This document shows positions 1 through 9,909 of a DNA stretch of 64,000 nucleotides, piece by piece. Source of the DNA: an uncultured Clostridia bacterium (lineage in GTDB: Bacteria > Bacillota > Clostridia > DUPQ01); NCBI GenBank assembly GCA_963766335.1, contig CAVXZA010000002.1, positions 928,292-992,291 on the forward strand, written 5' to 3'. Numbering within the stretch: position 1 is the first letter of the stretch; the number at the start of each line of letters is the position of its first letter. Made by a program: the position numbers and the translations under genes. The notes under the pieces are model-generated. The model was given only the letters and a program-made list of their open reading frames with translations. It searched no databases and was not told where the DNA came from.

Positions 1-79
1 GCCGCTCAAATCCTTTAATATTGATCGTTCATATGGTAAAATGAAAAAGTGCCAATTGATAAATAAAGGAGCAATAAAG

Positions 80-595
80 ATGGACTTGAAATCTAAATTT
101 AGACATGTAATGGACTTTCCTAAAGAGGGGATTGATTTCATAGACATTACCACCGTGCTGCAGGATCCGGAAGCATTGAAATTCAGTCTTGATGAAATGA
201 AGGAAAGCATGGAGGATTTCGGTGATTTTGATATAATCGTAGCACCGGAAGCCAGGGGATTCATTTTCGGAGTTCCTCTTGCATATATGACCGGAAAAGG
301 TTTTATTCCTGTAAGAAAACCGGGAAAACTACCTTATAAAACAATAAGTTTTGAGTATGAATTGGAATATGGAACAAGTACACTTGAAATTCACGAGGAT
401 GCCATTAAACGGGGTCAGAAAGTCCTTATTGTTGACGATCTCCTTGCCACCAGCGGAACGACTGAATCAATAATCCGCCTTGTAGAAAAAATCGGTGGTG
501 AAGTAGTAGGCATCCAGGTTCTGATAGAATTAGAATTTCTTAAAGGCAGGGATAAATTAAAAGGTTATGATGTTAAATCGATAGTGCAGTTTTAA
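80..595 (+). CDS. apt: adenine phosphoribosyltransferase
   Basis: The protein starts MDLKSKFRHVMDFPKEGIDFIDIT and carries the PRPP-binding motif VLIVDDLLATSGT. I prefer the internal ATG at 80, preceded by AAAGGA, over the ORF-track start at 41. Confidence 0.9.
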   Translation: MDLKSKFRHVMDFPKEGIDFIDITTVLQDPEALKFSLDEMKESMEDFGDFDIIVAPEARGFIFGVPLAYMTGKGFIPVRKPGKLPYKTISFEYELEYGTSTLEIHEDAIKRGQKVLIVDDLLATSGTTESIIRLVEKIGGEVVGIQVLIELEFLKGRDKLKGYDVKSIVQF

Positions 596-611
596 TTCAA
601 TATAGAACAAA

Positions 612-639
612 AGGACTGCTAAAAAGCAGTCCTTTTTTA
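612..639. terminator. bidirectional rho-independent terminator between convergent apt and the DUF4234 gene
   Basis: The hairpin is AGGACTGC-taaaaa-GCAGTCCT followed by TTTTTT, with an A-rich 5' flank. Confidence 0.8.
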
Positions 640-654
640 TTGCTGAAAATTATT

Positions 655-1023
655 CTATGCCGTGCCGTTGTGTGATGTTGATGCATCCACTACCAGATTC
701 ATAGAATTCTGCATAAGGCCGACATTTATAATTGAAAGCCCTAATACCGCAAGAATGATATAAACAATGGCGTTGTCTTCAATATTAATGCCTGCTTTTT
801 CCTGACACGTACAGATAAGTTTCCCGAATTTATAATACCAATAGATAGTGTAGATACCGCATGTAACGACGGATAGCAGTAGCTCAAGACCCGGGTTTAT
901 GGTTTCGTCGTCAAGGTATGTCTTAATATCGTTTGACATGGCATAAATCCAGTATAATAAATAAATTCCGCATGTTACCAATGATAAAATGATTACTTCG
1001 GCTATGCCTCTTTTTTGAACCAT
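655..1023 (-). CDS. DUF4234-like small membrane protein
   Basis: The motif TCGIYxxYW occurs twice (LVTCGIYLLYWIY and VVTCGIYTIYWYY) inside hydrophobic segments. I chose the ATG at 1023 because AGGAG lies 7 nt upstream. Confidence 0.6.
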   Translation of the reverse strand: MVQKRGIAEVIILSLVTCGIYLLYWIYAMSNDIKTYLDDETINPGLELLLSVVTCGIYTIYWYYKFGKLICTCQEKAGINIEDNAIVYIILAVLGLSIINVGLMQNSMNLVVDASTSHNGTA

Positions 1024-1260
1024 GATCATACTCCTGTCTTTTTCATTCCTGCTATATATTATCACAGGGGCTACCGAAGGCGCAATCAGGGTGAAATTAA
1101 AACATTCCTTCTACTATCTGAAAAATACATACTAGCACCTAAAACTGCACTTTTCTGTAATCGGAGGTTTTTGGAAATGTTTTATGTCAGGTATTTTGTA
1201 TTTGTCTTGAAAGCACTATAGCCCTGTGAGATAATAAGAAAAAAGATAACGGGAGAAATT

Positions 1261-2289
1261 ATGGCTTTAGGTCTTGATATAGGTATAGATTTGGGGACAG
1301 CCTCTGTCCTTTTATATGTTAAGGGAAAAGGAATTGTTTTGCGCGAACCATCCGTGGTGGCGCTTGATGATGAAGGTAATATTCTGGCGGTCGGCGAAGA
1401 AGCCCGTAGGATGATGGGAAGGACGCCCGGTAATATTACCGCTGTCAGACCTCTCAAAGACGGGGTTATTTCAGATTACGAGACCACTGAAAAAATGCTC
1501 AGATATTTTATTACCAAAGTTTGCGGTCGCAGGATGATATTTTTCAAGCCACGCGTTATGATTTGTGTGCCAAGCGGAATAACCGAAGTTGAAAGAATGG
1601 CTGTCAAAGATGCGGCGGATAATATTGGGGCTAAGGAAGTCTATATTATAGAAGAACCCATTGCAGCTGCAATCGGCGCCGGACTGGACATTTCGAAGCC
1701 ATACGGAAGCATGGTTGTGGACGTCGGCGGAGGCACAACTGATATCGCTGTTATGTCATTAGGCGGAATAGTTACCAGCCGTTCCATTAAGGTTGCCGGG
1801 GATAAATTTGATGAAGCCATTATTCGTTACATGCGCAAAAAACACAGCATGCTGATAGGCGAACGCATGGCAGAGGAAATAAAAATGCGCATAGGCACAG
1901 TATATCCTTACGAAGAAGACCTTACTATGAATGTAAGGGGAAGGAATCTTGTACTTGGTCTTCCAAGAACATTGGAAATCTCTGCCAATGACCTTATGGA
2001 ATGCTTTGATGAGCCGGTCGCCAACATATCCGATGCTATCAGGTATGTTCTGGAAAGAACTCCGCCGGAACTTGCTGCGGACATCAGTGACAGGGGAGTT
2101 ATATTAACCGGAGGCGGAAGCCTGATAAATGGACTTGACCGCCTGATTGCAGAACGGACCGGGCTTGATGTCATGGTTGCCGATGATGCCATATCCTGTG
2201 TTGCATTGGGAACAGGCGAAGCGATAAACGACATAGATAAGATAATAAAGGCCAAGATAGTTAAGCTTGAACAGAAAAAGAGAAAATAG
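1261..2289 (+). CDS. mreB: rod shape-determining actin homologue, MreB/Mbl family
   Basis: The sequence has DIGIDLGTASVLLYVKGKGIVLREPSVVA, DVGGGTTDIAV and ILTGGGSL, which are the actin-fold phosphate and adenosine motifs. Confidence 0.9.
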   Translation: MALGLDIGIDLGTASVLLYVKGKGIVLREPSVVALDDEGNILAVGEEARRMMGRTPGNITAVRPLKDGVISDYETTEKMLRYFITKVCGRRMIFFKPRVMICVPSGITEVERMAVKDAADNIGAKEVYIIEEPIAAAIGAGLDISKPYGSMVVDVGGGTTDIAVMSLGGIVTSRSIKVAGDKFDEAIIRYMRKKHSMLIGERMAEEIKMRIGTVYPYEEDLTMNVRGRNLVLGLPRTLEISANDLMECFDEPVANISDAIRYVLERTPPELAADISDRGVILTGGGSLINGLDRLIAERTGLDVMVADDAISCVALGTGEAINDIDKIIKAKIVKLEQKKRK

Positions 2290-3469
2290 ATTTTTTCATA
2301 AAAACAGAACCATTGCGGTTATATTGGCGGTATCCCTTGGGGTATCCGCCTTTTTATGTGCTTGTTCTGATAAGAAGACTATCGAAACAACACCTGAGCC
2401 AACTCTAGTATCCGGTGAACAACCTTCGGGATCGCCGACACCCCAGGTTTCTGAAATTCCTACAGACCGGCCCGAAATCCCGGTAAATAAGTCTTCTGTT
2501 CAATACGAGAAAAAAGTATTTGAAGTTAATGGCCGGCAAAATCATGTCCATATCCTGACGGTAGATTTGTCAGATTCCGATATAACTGTAATGCCGCATC
2601 TTGCTTTTGACAGGATTTTTGGGTTTGAGTACCTGCAGGATATGGCTGAAAATACCGGGGCTTTAGCTGCTGTAAACGCAGGTTTCTTTTTTGAGTATGG
2701 CCGTCCTTCGGGTCTTTTTGTAAAAGACAGTGAAATAATAAGCGCCGGAACCGGAAAATTCTATAGCTTGATAATTGATAACAGTAGTGCGAAATTCGAT
2801 ATAGTTAAAACTGATATAAAATTGCAGCTTAATAATATTAGTATTGAAATTGAATCATTCAACAAACCGCCAGGCACATCAACAACAGCTCTTTTTTCCG
2901 ATGCTTATGGGTCAACTGACAGGTTAGGTTCGCTAAGGAAAGTCTTGATTATTGAAAATGATGCAGTCAGAGAATATAGGACTGCAGAATCGGCTGTCGA
3001 AATACCTGAGAATGGGTATGTAATAATGCTGCCCCATGACTATGCTTTTGAAAGCAATCCCGAAGGGAGCAAGGCCTTAATAGAATTTGAACCATATTTC
3101 TCCGAAGGGGCAATTGCGTATGAGTGTGCTTCAATGCTGGTGGAAGACGGGGTGTCGCTTGCAGGGGATACAATGCCGTGGGTAGGAAACCTGAACCATT
3201 ACGATCCAAGGACTTGTGTAGGGATATTTAAAGATGGAAAACTCGGATTTGTTGTAATAGACGGACGTACTGAAGACAGCACCGGGACCACCGGGCGGGA
3301 AACAGCGGACATACTTATTGACCTGGGGTTTGCAGATGCTGTCATGCTTGACGGAGGGGGAAGTTCGCAAATGATTTATCAGGGGGAAACAGTTAATACT
3401 CCATCATCCGGTCCCAACGGCCGGCCTATTGCCGGGGGATTTATGATTATTAAAAAAATTGCACCGTAG
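2267..3469 (+). CDS. phosphodiester glycosidase family lipoprotein (NAGPA/DUF2233-like)
   Basis: It has a signal peptide with a lipobox (LCAC) and the motifs NAGFFFEYGRPSG, DPRTCVGI and DGGGSS. It uses a TTG start that overlaps the end of mreB. Confidence 0.6.
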   Translation: MNRKRENRFFHKNRTIAVILAVSLGVSAFLCACSDKKTIETTPEPTLVSGEQPSGSPTPQVSEIPTDRPEIPVNKSSVQYEKKVFEVNGRQNHVHILTVDLSDSDITVMPHLAFDRIFGFEYLQDMAENTGALAAVNAGFFFEYGRPSGLFVKDSEIISAGTGKFYSLIIDNSSAKFDIVKTDIKLQLNNISIEIESFNKPPGTSTTALFSDAYGSTDRLGSLRKVLIIENDAVREYRTAESAVEIPENGYVIMLPHDYAFESNPEGSKALIEFEPYFSEGAIAYECASMLVEDGVSLAGDTMPWVGNLNHYDPRTCVGIFKDGKLGFVVIDGRTEDSTGTTGRETADILIDLGFADAVMLDGGGSSQMIYQGETVNTPSSGPNGRPIAGGFMIIKKIAP

Positions 3470-3595
3470 TCAGAAAATATGGTGAGGTTAATTGATTCTG
3501 GACAAGACTACCGATTTTTTCATTCTTAATTCCAATTTTATTGACTAAAACAGGGTAGTATATATAATGAGTGTGTATTTTAAAGGAGGATGTTC

Positions 3596-4846
3596 ATGAA
3601 AACCAAAGCGGTAAGATTATATGGTAAAAACGACCTGAGGCTCGAAGAATTTGAGCTTCCGGAAATAAAGGATGATGAAATCCTGGCGAAAGTAGTTACG
3701 GACAGCATCTGCATGTCTTCATATAAAGCGGCATACCAAGGTCCGGATCATAAGAGGGTGCCCAATGATGTTGCGGAAAATCCAATAATTATCGGGCATG
3801 AAATGTGCGGTGAATTGGTGCAGGTTGGCAAAAAATATGAAGGGAAGTTCCACGAAGGTCAGCGATTCAGTCTCCAGGCTAATATAAATCATCCGGATCT
3901 GCCGTATGCAGCTCCGGGTTATTCATTTAAATACGTAGGTGGTAATGCACAGTATATTGTGATTCCAAAAGAAATCATGGAAATGGATTGTCTTCTTATT
4001 TATAGCGGTGCCTCATTTTTCCAGGGATCGCTGGCAGAACCTGTTTCCTGTATTATCGGTGCATTCCATGCTATGTATCACACGAAGATGGGCAGCTATG
4101 TGCATCATATGGAAATAAAGGAAGGCGGAAACATGGCCATACTTGCCGGCGTCGGCCCAATGGGTTTAGGAGCTATTGATTATGCTGTTAACCAACCTAT
4201 CAAACCAAAGAAACTAGTTGTTACTGATATAAATGACGCACGACTAGCCAGGGCAGAGGAAATTTACTCAAAAGAATGGGCGGCTTCACAAGGAGTTGAC
4301 TTAGTCTATGTTAATACTGGTACTGTTGATAATCCTGTTTCATACCTCAAATCACTGGTTGACGGCGACGGATATGACGATGTATTCGTTTTTGCTCCCG
4401 TAAAACCTGTAATAGAGCAAGGAGATGCAATACTTGGCCTTGACGGATGCTTGAATTTCTTTGCAGGACCTACAGATAAGCAATTCAGCGCGACATTTAA
4501 TTTTTATAATGTACATTATGCAGCAACTCATGTAGTAGGAACCAGTGGCGGTAATACTGAGGATATGAAGGAAGCCCTTGCTATGAGTGCGTCGGGACAA
4601 TTGAATCCCGCGTCAATGGTCACGCATATCGGCGGCCTTGACAGCGCAGCTGAAACAACCCTCAACCTTCCTAATATTCCTGGTGGGAAAAAACTGATTT
4701 ATACAGGGATAAAAATGCCTCTTACTGCAATTGATGATTTTGAGAAAGAGGGATATCCTGAACTTGCGGTAATATGCAAAGCCAATAAAGGTTTATGGTG
4801 TAAGGAAGCAGAGGACTATCTTCTTGAGCATTCTGAAAAAATCTGA
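3596..4846 (+). CDS. zinc-binding alcohol dehydrogenase family protein, L-sorbose-1-phosphate reductase-like
   Basis: The N-terminus MKTKAVRLYGKNDLRLEEFELPEI, the motifs SICMSSYK and GHEMCG, and the Rossmann motif GVGPMG support the family. GGAGG lies 6-7 nt before the ATG at 3596. Confidence 0.7.
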   Translation: MKTKAVRLYGKNDLRLEEFELPEIKDDEILAKVVTDSICMSSYKAAYQGPDHKRVPNDVAENPIIIGHEMCGELVQVGKKYEGKFHEGQRFSLQANINHPDLPYAAPGYSFKYVGGNAQYIVIPKEIMEMDCLLIYSGASFFQGSLAEPVSCIIGAFHAMYHTKMGSYVHHMEIKEGGNMAILAGVGPMGLGAIDYAVNQPIKPKKLVVTDINDARLARAEEIYSKEWAASQGVDLVYVNTGTVDNPVSYLKSLVDGDGYDDVFVFAPVKPVIEQGDAILGLDGCLNFFAGPTDKQFSATFNFYNVHYAATHVVGTSGGNTEDMKEALAMSASGQLNPASMVTHIGGLDSAAETTLNLPNIPGGKKLIYTGIKMPLTAIDDFEKEGYPELAVICKANKGLWCKEAEDYLLEHSEKI

Positions 4847-4927
4847 TGGGTTAATTTTCTGTCATCATCTGGCAATTACTGATAATATCACCGGTTATGA
4901 AGCACATTCAGCCGGTGATTTCTATTT

Positions 4928-4961
4928 CGAAGAGCTGACCCAGGGTCAGCTCTTCGATTTT
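4928..4961 (+). terminator. rho-independent terminator
   Basis: A 13-bp stem (CGAAGAGCTGACC-cag-GGTCAGCTCTTCG) is followed by ATTTT. A second hairpin, ATCACCGG...CCGGTGAT, lies just upstream at about 4887-4919. Confidence 0.75.
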
Positions 4962-5171
4962 AATCGAAATGCAGGAATTAAAAATAAATATTGCATTGAT
5001 TTATCTATTTAGTTGATTAAAGCGGTGAATTATGCTAATATACCATAAAAAGATGCAAGGATTCTTTTTTTTACATTCATTTTCGCATGATTAATCGGGC
5101 GGGAACCGTGCAGTCAGTCAAATTGCGGCTATGGATGTATTAACTAAATTTGGGATATATTGGAGGGGAAT

Positions 5172-6815
5172 ATGATTCAGTATCAGAAGAGCAATGACGT
5201 TTTGAATACCATTAACCGCGGAAATCCGGCAGAGTCCGGTTTGTGTACACTGTGCAGGGCGGACTGCAAGGGAAAATGCGAAACATGGACATCGGCAATG
5301 AAAGGAAGGAAACTTCTTTATCCCAGGGATTTCGGAGCTGTTACAGCCGGAAGTTCAAATATAAATCATGTAGGCGTATGCTATACAAATCTTAGAATAC
5401 AGGGATATCACTACGGGGCATTTGGACTGGCAGAAGGCCTGTCAAATAATGCCGATGATTGTATATTTCCCAATGTAAATATTGAGTCGCGGTTCGGTAA
5501 AAATGAGAAAACTAAAATTCGGATGCCGCTGATGACCGGAGCATTGGGTTCGACGTTCATAGCTGAAAAATACTGGGACTCTTTCGCTATAGGAGCTGCA
5601 CTGGTTGGCATTCCGATTGTTGTCGGTGAAAATGTTGTCGGTGTTGATAAAAAGTCCGTAATAGAAAACGGCAGGATAAAATCAGCCCCGGAACTCGACC
5701 GCAGGATTGATACTTACCTTAAGTATTATGATGGCTATGGTGCAATAATAGTTCAGATGAATGTTGAGGATACCAGAAACGGCGTTGCGGAATATATTAT
5801 CGATAAGTATGGTGATAAAGTTGTTATTGAACTTAAATGGGGCCAGGGGGCCAAAAACATCGGCGGTGAAATCCAGGTAACTAATCTGCAGTATGCCATG
5901 TTCCTTAAAGAAAGGGGTTACATAGTAGATCCTGACCCTACCCGACCCGAAATTCAATCCGCATTCTTATCCGGATCTATAAAATCTTTTGCAAGGCACA
6001 GTAGGCTTGGGTATACGCACCTTAATTCATTCGAAGAAGTCAGGGATGATTTTTATAAAAGCATTAAATATCTCAGATCCCTTGGGTACAAAAAAATCAC
6101 ATTGAAAACCGGAGCCTATGGAATGGAAGGTCTTGCGATGGCTATAAAACTCGCTACAGAAATGGAACTTGACCTTCTGACTGTAGACGGTTCCGGCGGC
6201 GGGACAGGCATGAGTCCATGGAATATGATGGAATCCTGGGGTGTTCCTTCTATCTTTCTTCATTCAAAAGCGTATGAGTATGCAAGGATGATGTCATATA
6301 AATCATCCGAGGTTGTGGACCTGGCATTCGCAGGTGGACTTGCAAATGAGGACCATATATTCAAGGCAATGGCTCTTGGCGCTCCTTATACAAAGCTTGT
6401 ATGTATGGGCCGGGCTCTGATGATACCCGGTTTCCTCGGTTCTAACATAGAAGGGGTTTTCAATCCGGATAGACGCGAGAAACTGAATGGAAACTGGACT
6501 GAACTTCCAAAAACGATAACAAGTGAATACGGAAACTCGCCGGAAGAAATATTTGCAGGGTATTACGATGTTAAAAGCAAAGTAGGCTCAGAGGGTATAA
6601 ACGATATACCTCTTGGAGCAATAGCATTCTGGAGTTTAGCTGACAAACTTGCTGCCGGTCTTCAGCAGCTACTGGCAGGCGTAAGGAAATTCAATATTTC
6701 TGAAATCAGAAGAAGTGAACTATTTTCTGCAAACCGCGATACAGAAAGAGAAACAGGTATCCGTTTCATGACAGATGTAGCTGATGATATTGCTAAAGAG
6801 ATATTAAATTCATAA
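5172..6815 (+). CDS. FMN-binding glutamate synthase family protein (GltB domain-2-like)
   Basis: It has an N-terminal Cys cluster (CTLCRADCKGKCETW), the motifs DGSGGGTG and FAGGL, and a TIM-barrel FMN fold pattern. GGAGGGG precedes the ATG at 5172. Confidence 0.7.
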   Translation: MIQYQKSNDVLNTINRGNPAESGLCTLCRADCKGKCETWTSAMKGRKLLYPRDFGAVTAGSSNINHVGVCYTNLRIQGYHYGAFGLAEGLSNNADDCIFPNVNIESRFGKNEKTKIRMPLMTGALGSTFIAEKYWDSFAIGAALVGIPIVVGENVVGVDKKSVIENGRIKSAPELDRRIDTYLKYYDGYGAIIVQMNVEDTRNGVAEYIIDKYGDKVVIELKWGQGAKNIGGEIQVTNLQYAMFLKERGYIVDPDPTRPEIQSAFLSGSIKSFARHSRLGYTHLNSFEEVRDDFYKSIKYLRSLGYKKITLKTGAYGMEGLAMAIKLATEMELDLLTVDGSGGGTGMSPWNMMESWGVPSIFLHSKAYEYARMMSYKSSEVVDLAFAGGLANEDHIFKAMALGAPYTKLVCMGRALMIPGFLGSNIEGVFNPDRREKLNGNWTELPKTITSEYGNSPEEIFAGYYDVKSKVGSEGINDIPLGAIAFWSLADKLAAGLQQLLAGVRKFNISEIRRSELFSANRDTERETGIRFMTDVADDIAKEILNS

Positions 6816-6846
6816 TTCACTGGATTTTTAGCAGTTTAATTATTGT

Positions 6847-6882
6847 AAAACCGCATTTCGGTTAAAGGGATGCGGTTTTTTT
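6847..6882 (+). terminator. rho-independent terminator
   Basis: The hairpin is CCGCAT-13 nt-ATGCGG followed by TTTTTTT. Confidence 0.7.
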
Positions 6883-7003
6883 ATTCTATATCCGTAAAAA
6901 CCTGTTTAGTTACAGAAACTAACTGATGCCCGGGTATATCTTGTTAAAAGCTGTAAATTCCTATACTTTTCGTTAAATTTTTATTATTATTCTTACATAG
7001 TTA

Positions 7004-7032
7004 TTGACATATGTGCAAAACAGGAGTTTAAT
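7004..7032 (+). promoter_or_regulatory. sigma-A-type promoter candidate
   Basis: TTGACA (7004-7009), a 17-nt spacer and TTTAAT (7027-7032) lie about 60 nt upstream of the 7090 start. Confidence 0.45.
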
Positions 7033-7089
7033 AAGTAACGGCGAAAGCTATAAATTAAATTATCTTTTATAAAACGGGAGGCAAAAATA

Positions 7090-8439
7090 ATGAAGAAAAC
7101 CGATGTTCTGGTTATTGGCGGAAGCGCAACCGGCCTGGTTGCTGCGATGACGGCGAAGTCAAATAACCCTGATAAAAGCGTAACGGTTATTAGAAAAGAA
7201 GAAAAAGTTATGATACCCTGCGGGATACCATATATTTTTGGAACAATTGACAGCAGTGACAACAACATTCTGCCGGACGGAGGACTTATTAAATTAGGTG
7301 TTGACATAGTAGTAGACGAAGTAATATCAATTGACGCAGAAGGAAAGACTTGTGAAACAAAGGGCGGAGAAAGCTTTTTATATGACAAGCTCATCATGGG
7401 AACCGGTTCGATGCCCGTAGTTCCCAAATGGCTGAAGGGCACAGAACTTGATAACGTATTCACAATTCCGAAGAATAAGGTTTACCTTGACAACATCATG
7501 AATAAACTTGAAGGAATTAAGGATGTAGTGGTCATAGGAGCAGGATTTATCGGTGTTGAAATGTCCGATGAACTTAATAAAAAGGGGAAAAATGTTACCT
7601 TAGTTGAAATTCTTCCATATATTCTCGGCGCCACATTTGATGATGATTTTGCTTCAGTGGCCCAGGAGATCTTAATTGAAAGAGGAGTAGCAGCGATAAC
7701 AGGCGTCGGGGTAAAAGAAATAACAGGTGAAGGTAAAGTTAGTGGAGTTGTTCTCCAGGATGGAAAAGAACTGAAAGCCGATGCGGTCATACTTTCACTT
7801 GGATATGATCCCAATACCAAACTAGCTGAGGATATGGGCCTTGAATTGAATCAGTTTGGTTTTATAAAAGCCGACCAGTACAGAAGAACAAACATCACTG
7901 ATGTATTCGCAGCAGGCGACTGTGCGGAAAAAGTGGATTTTGCAACCGGAAAACTAAGCAGGATTATGCTTGCTTCAACAGCATGTACCGAAGCAAGGAC
8001 AGCCGGGCTTAGCCTTTACGGTCTTAATACATTCAGTGTTTTCAGAGGAACTGTCGGAATATATTCTACTTGCATAGGAGATACAGCGTTTGGAGTTGCC
8101 GGCTTGATTGAGAAAAATGCAGCTAAGGAAGGTTTTAAGTTTATCACAAGCACTTTCGCCGGCATAAACAGGCATCCTGGTAAAATTGCTGATGCACACA
8201 AGGAAATGGTAAAACTTATCGTTGCCGAACAGTCAGGCGTAATCCTTGGCGGAGAAGTCATGGGCGGAAAATGTGCGGGAGAACTAACCAATGTAATGGG
8301 CTTTGCAATCCAGAACCATATGACAGTCCACGACCTTATAATGACACAGATCGGAACCCAGCCGCTGCTTACGGCATCACCTGCGGGATACCCGCTTATA
8401 AAAGCTGCTGAAGCTGCTGTAGCAAAACTTAAGAAGTAA
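7090..8439 (+). CDS. FAD-dependent pyridine nucleotide-disulfide oxidoreductase, NADH oxidase/CoA-disulfide reductase family
   Basis: It has the dinucleotide motifs VLVIGGSATG and VVVIGAGFIGVE, a single redox Cys in IPCGIPY, and AAGDCA. Confidence 0.75.
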   Translation: MKKTDVLVIGGSATGLVAAMTAKSNNPDKSVTVIRKEEKVMIPCGIPYIFGTIDSSDNNILPDGGLIKLGVDIVVDEVISIDAEGKTCETKGGESFLYDKLIMGTGSMPVVPKWLKGTELDNVFTIPKNKVYLDNIMNKLEGIKDVVVIGAGFIGVEMSDELNKKGKNVTLVEILPYILGATFDDDFASVAQEILIERGVAAITGVGVKEITGEGKVSGVVLQDGKELKADAVILSLGYDPNTKLAEDMGLELNQFGFIKADQYRRTNITDVFAAGDCAEKVDFATGKLSRIMLASTACTEARTAGLSLYGLNTFSVFRGTVGIYSTCIGDTAFGVAGLIEKNAAKEGFKFITSTFAGINRHPGKIADAHKEMVKLIVAEQSGVILGGEVMGGKCAGELTNVMGFAIQNHMTVHDLIMTQIGTQPLLTASPAGYPLIKAAEAAVAKLKK

Positions 8440-8463
8440 TACGCTGTAATAAAACACACGAAG

Positions 8464-8496
8464 AAAGAAGGACGCTTAAGCGCTCTTCTTTTTTAT
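8464..8496 (+). terminator. rho-independent terminator
   Basis: The hairpin is GAAGGACGC-ttaa-GCGCTCTTC followed by a T-run. Confidence 0.6.
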
Positions 8497-8504
8497 TATT
8501 TTTT

Positions 8505-8533
8505 ATTGACATATTAATCACGCAATGATAGAA
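8505..8533 (+). promoter_or_regulatory. sigma-A-type promoter candidate for the dehydrogenase-complex operon
   Basis: TTGACA (8505-8510), a 17-nt spacer and TAGAAT (8528-8533). Confidence 0.5.
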
Positions 8534-8582
8534 TCTAACATACAAAGTAAGAAACTATCATTTTATGTTAGGGGGAGAACAA

Positions 8583-9903
8583 ATGGCAACTGCAATAATA
8601 ATGCCCAGACAGGGAAATACGGTTGAAAGTTGTATAGTCTCAAAGTGGCATAAACATAAGGGAGATGCCATAGCCGTCGGGGATATTTTATTCACATATG
8701 AAACTGATAAAGCAACTTTTGACGAAGAGGCAGGCGTAGCCGGAACACTTCTTGAAATCTTTTTTGAAGAGGATGACGATGTTCCTGTCCTTACCAATAT
8801 GTGTGTCATAGGCGAAGAAGGGGAGGATATTTCAGGATTCACACCTGACGGAGCTTCTTCTGATACAGCCGAAATACCGGCAGCTGATGAAAAGCCTACG
8901 GTTGAAGAGAAAGTAGAAGAAAAACCAGCTGATAGTGGCTGCTGCTACGTCAGATGATGTAAGAAAAATCTCACCAAGGGCTAAGAACCGCGCAGAAAAA
9001 GCAGGGATCGACGCTGGTTATGCTGCATCAACAGGTCCGAACGGCCGCATTATTGAAAGAGACATTATAGAACTTGAAAAATCCGGTCCGGCTGTAACTA
9101 AAGCAGCTGCACCATCATATGTAAGCGGAACTGCATATCAGGGAAGCGGAATAGGCGGACGCATAACGGTTTCGGACATTGAGAAAGGTGAAATACCGTC
9201 TGATTTTGTTGAATTTGAAGATGAAAAATTCCCGAATATCAGGAAGGTTATCGCCAAGGCAATGCACCACTCGCTTTCATCAATGGCCCAGCTTACAATC
9301 AATATGTCTTTTGATGCAAGCGCAATTATGAAATTCAGGAAAAGTGTAAAAGTGAAAGGCGAAGAACTTGGCCTTCCAAATATCACATTGGGTGATATGG
9401 TTGTATACACCACAGCAAAGACTTTACTTAAGCATAAAGATTTAAATGCGCATTTCACTGACGGTACAATAAGGAGATTCAATACTGTCCATATGGGAGT
9501 TGCAGTAGATACTGAAAGAGGACTGATGGTTCCTACCCTATACTACAGTGACATGATGACACTTGCCCAGATCAGTACTAAAACTAAGGAAGTTGCTGCA
9601 ATGAGCAAATCCGGTACAATCAATCCGGACCTGCTGCAGGGCGGCACATTCACAATAACAAATCTCGGGGCAATGGGTGTTGAAACATTTACACCTATAA
9701 TTAATCCGCCGCAGACCGCCATCTTAGGAGTATGCGGAATCACGACAAGGGTCAGAGAAACAAACGGCAAAATCGAAACTTACCCATCCATGGGATTGTC
9801 ACTGACAATTAACCATATGGCGGTTGACGGAGCACCGGCTGCGAGATTCCTGAAAGATCTTTGCAACAATCTCGAGAATTTCGAAATCATGCTGCTGGTA
9901 TAG
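8583..9903 (+). pseudogene. dihydrolipoamide acyltransferase (E2), reading frame broken in the inter-domain linker
   Basis: The lipoyl domain (ETDKATFDEEA) runs from 8583 to the stop at 8957. The E3-binding domain (ISPRAKNRAEKAGID...GPNGRIIERDI) and the catalytic domain (NHMAVDGAPAARF) are in the +1 frame from 8935 to 9903. Removing one nt near 8933-8937 joins ...EEKPADS to AAATSDD. Confidence 0.75.
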
Positions 9904-9909
9904 GAGAAA

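Noticed and set aside
1015-1457. ORFs of 68 aa (plus strand) and 91 aa (minus strand) around the mreB upstream region
   Set aside because: One overlaps the 5' end of the DUF4234 gene in antisense and the other is antisense to mreB. Neither has an RBS or a recognisable motif.
4824-5012. A 62-aa ORF overlapping the end of the Zn-dehydrogenase gene
   Set aside because: It spans two consecutive terminator hairpins (4887-4919 and 4928-4961), has no RBS and has an unremarkable composition.
8935-8957. Programmed ribosomal frameshifting as the explanation for the E2 split (and for the fucI breaks)
   Set aside because: I see no slippery heptamer, no stimulatory stop or SD-like element, and no downstream structure at any of the sites. 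The fucI lesions include a compensating pair, which is a hallmark of mutation or sequencing error rather than recoding.
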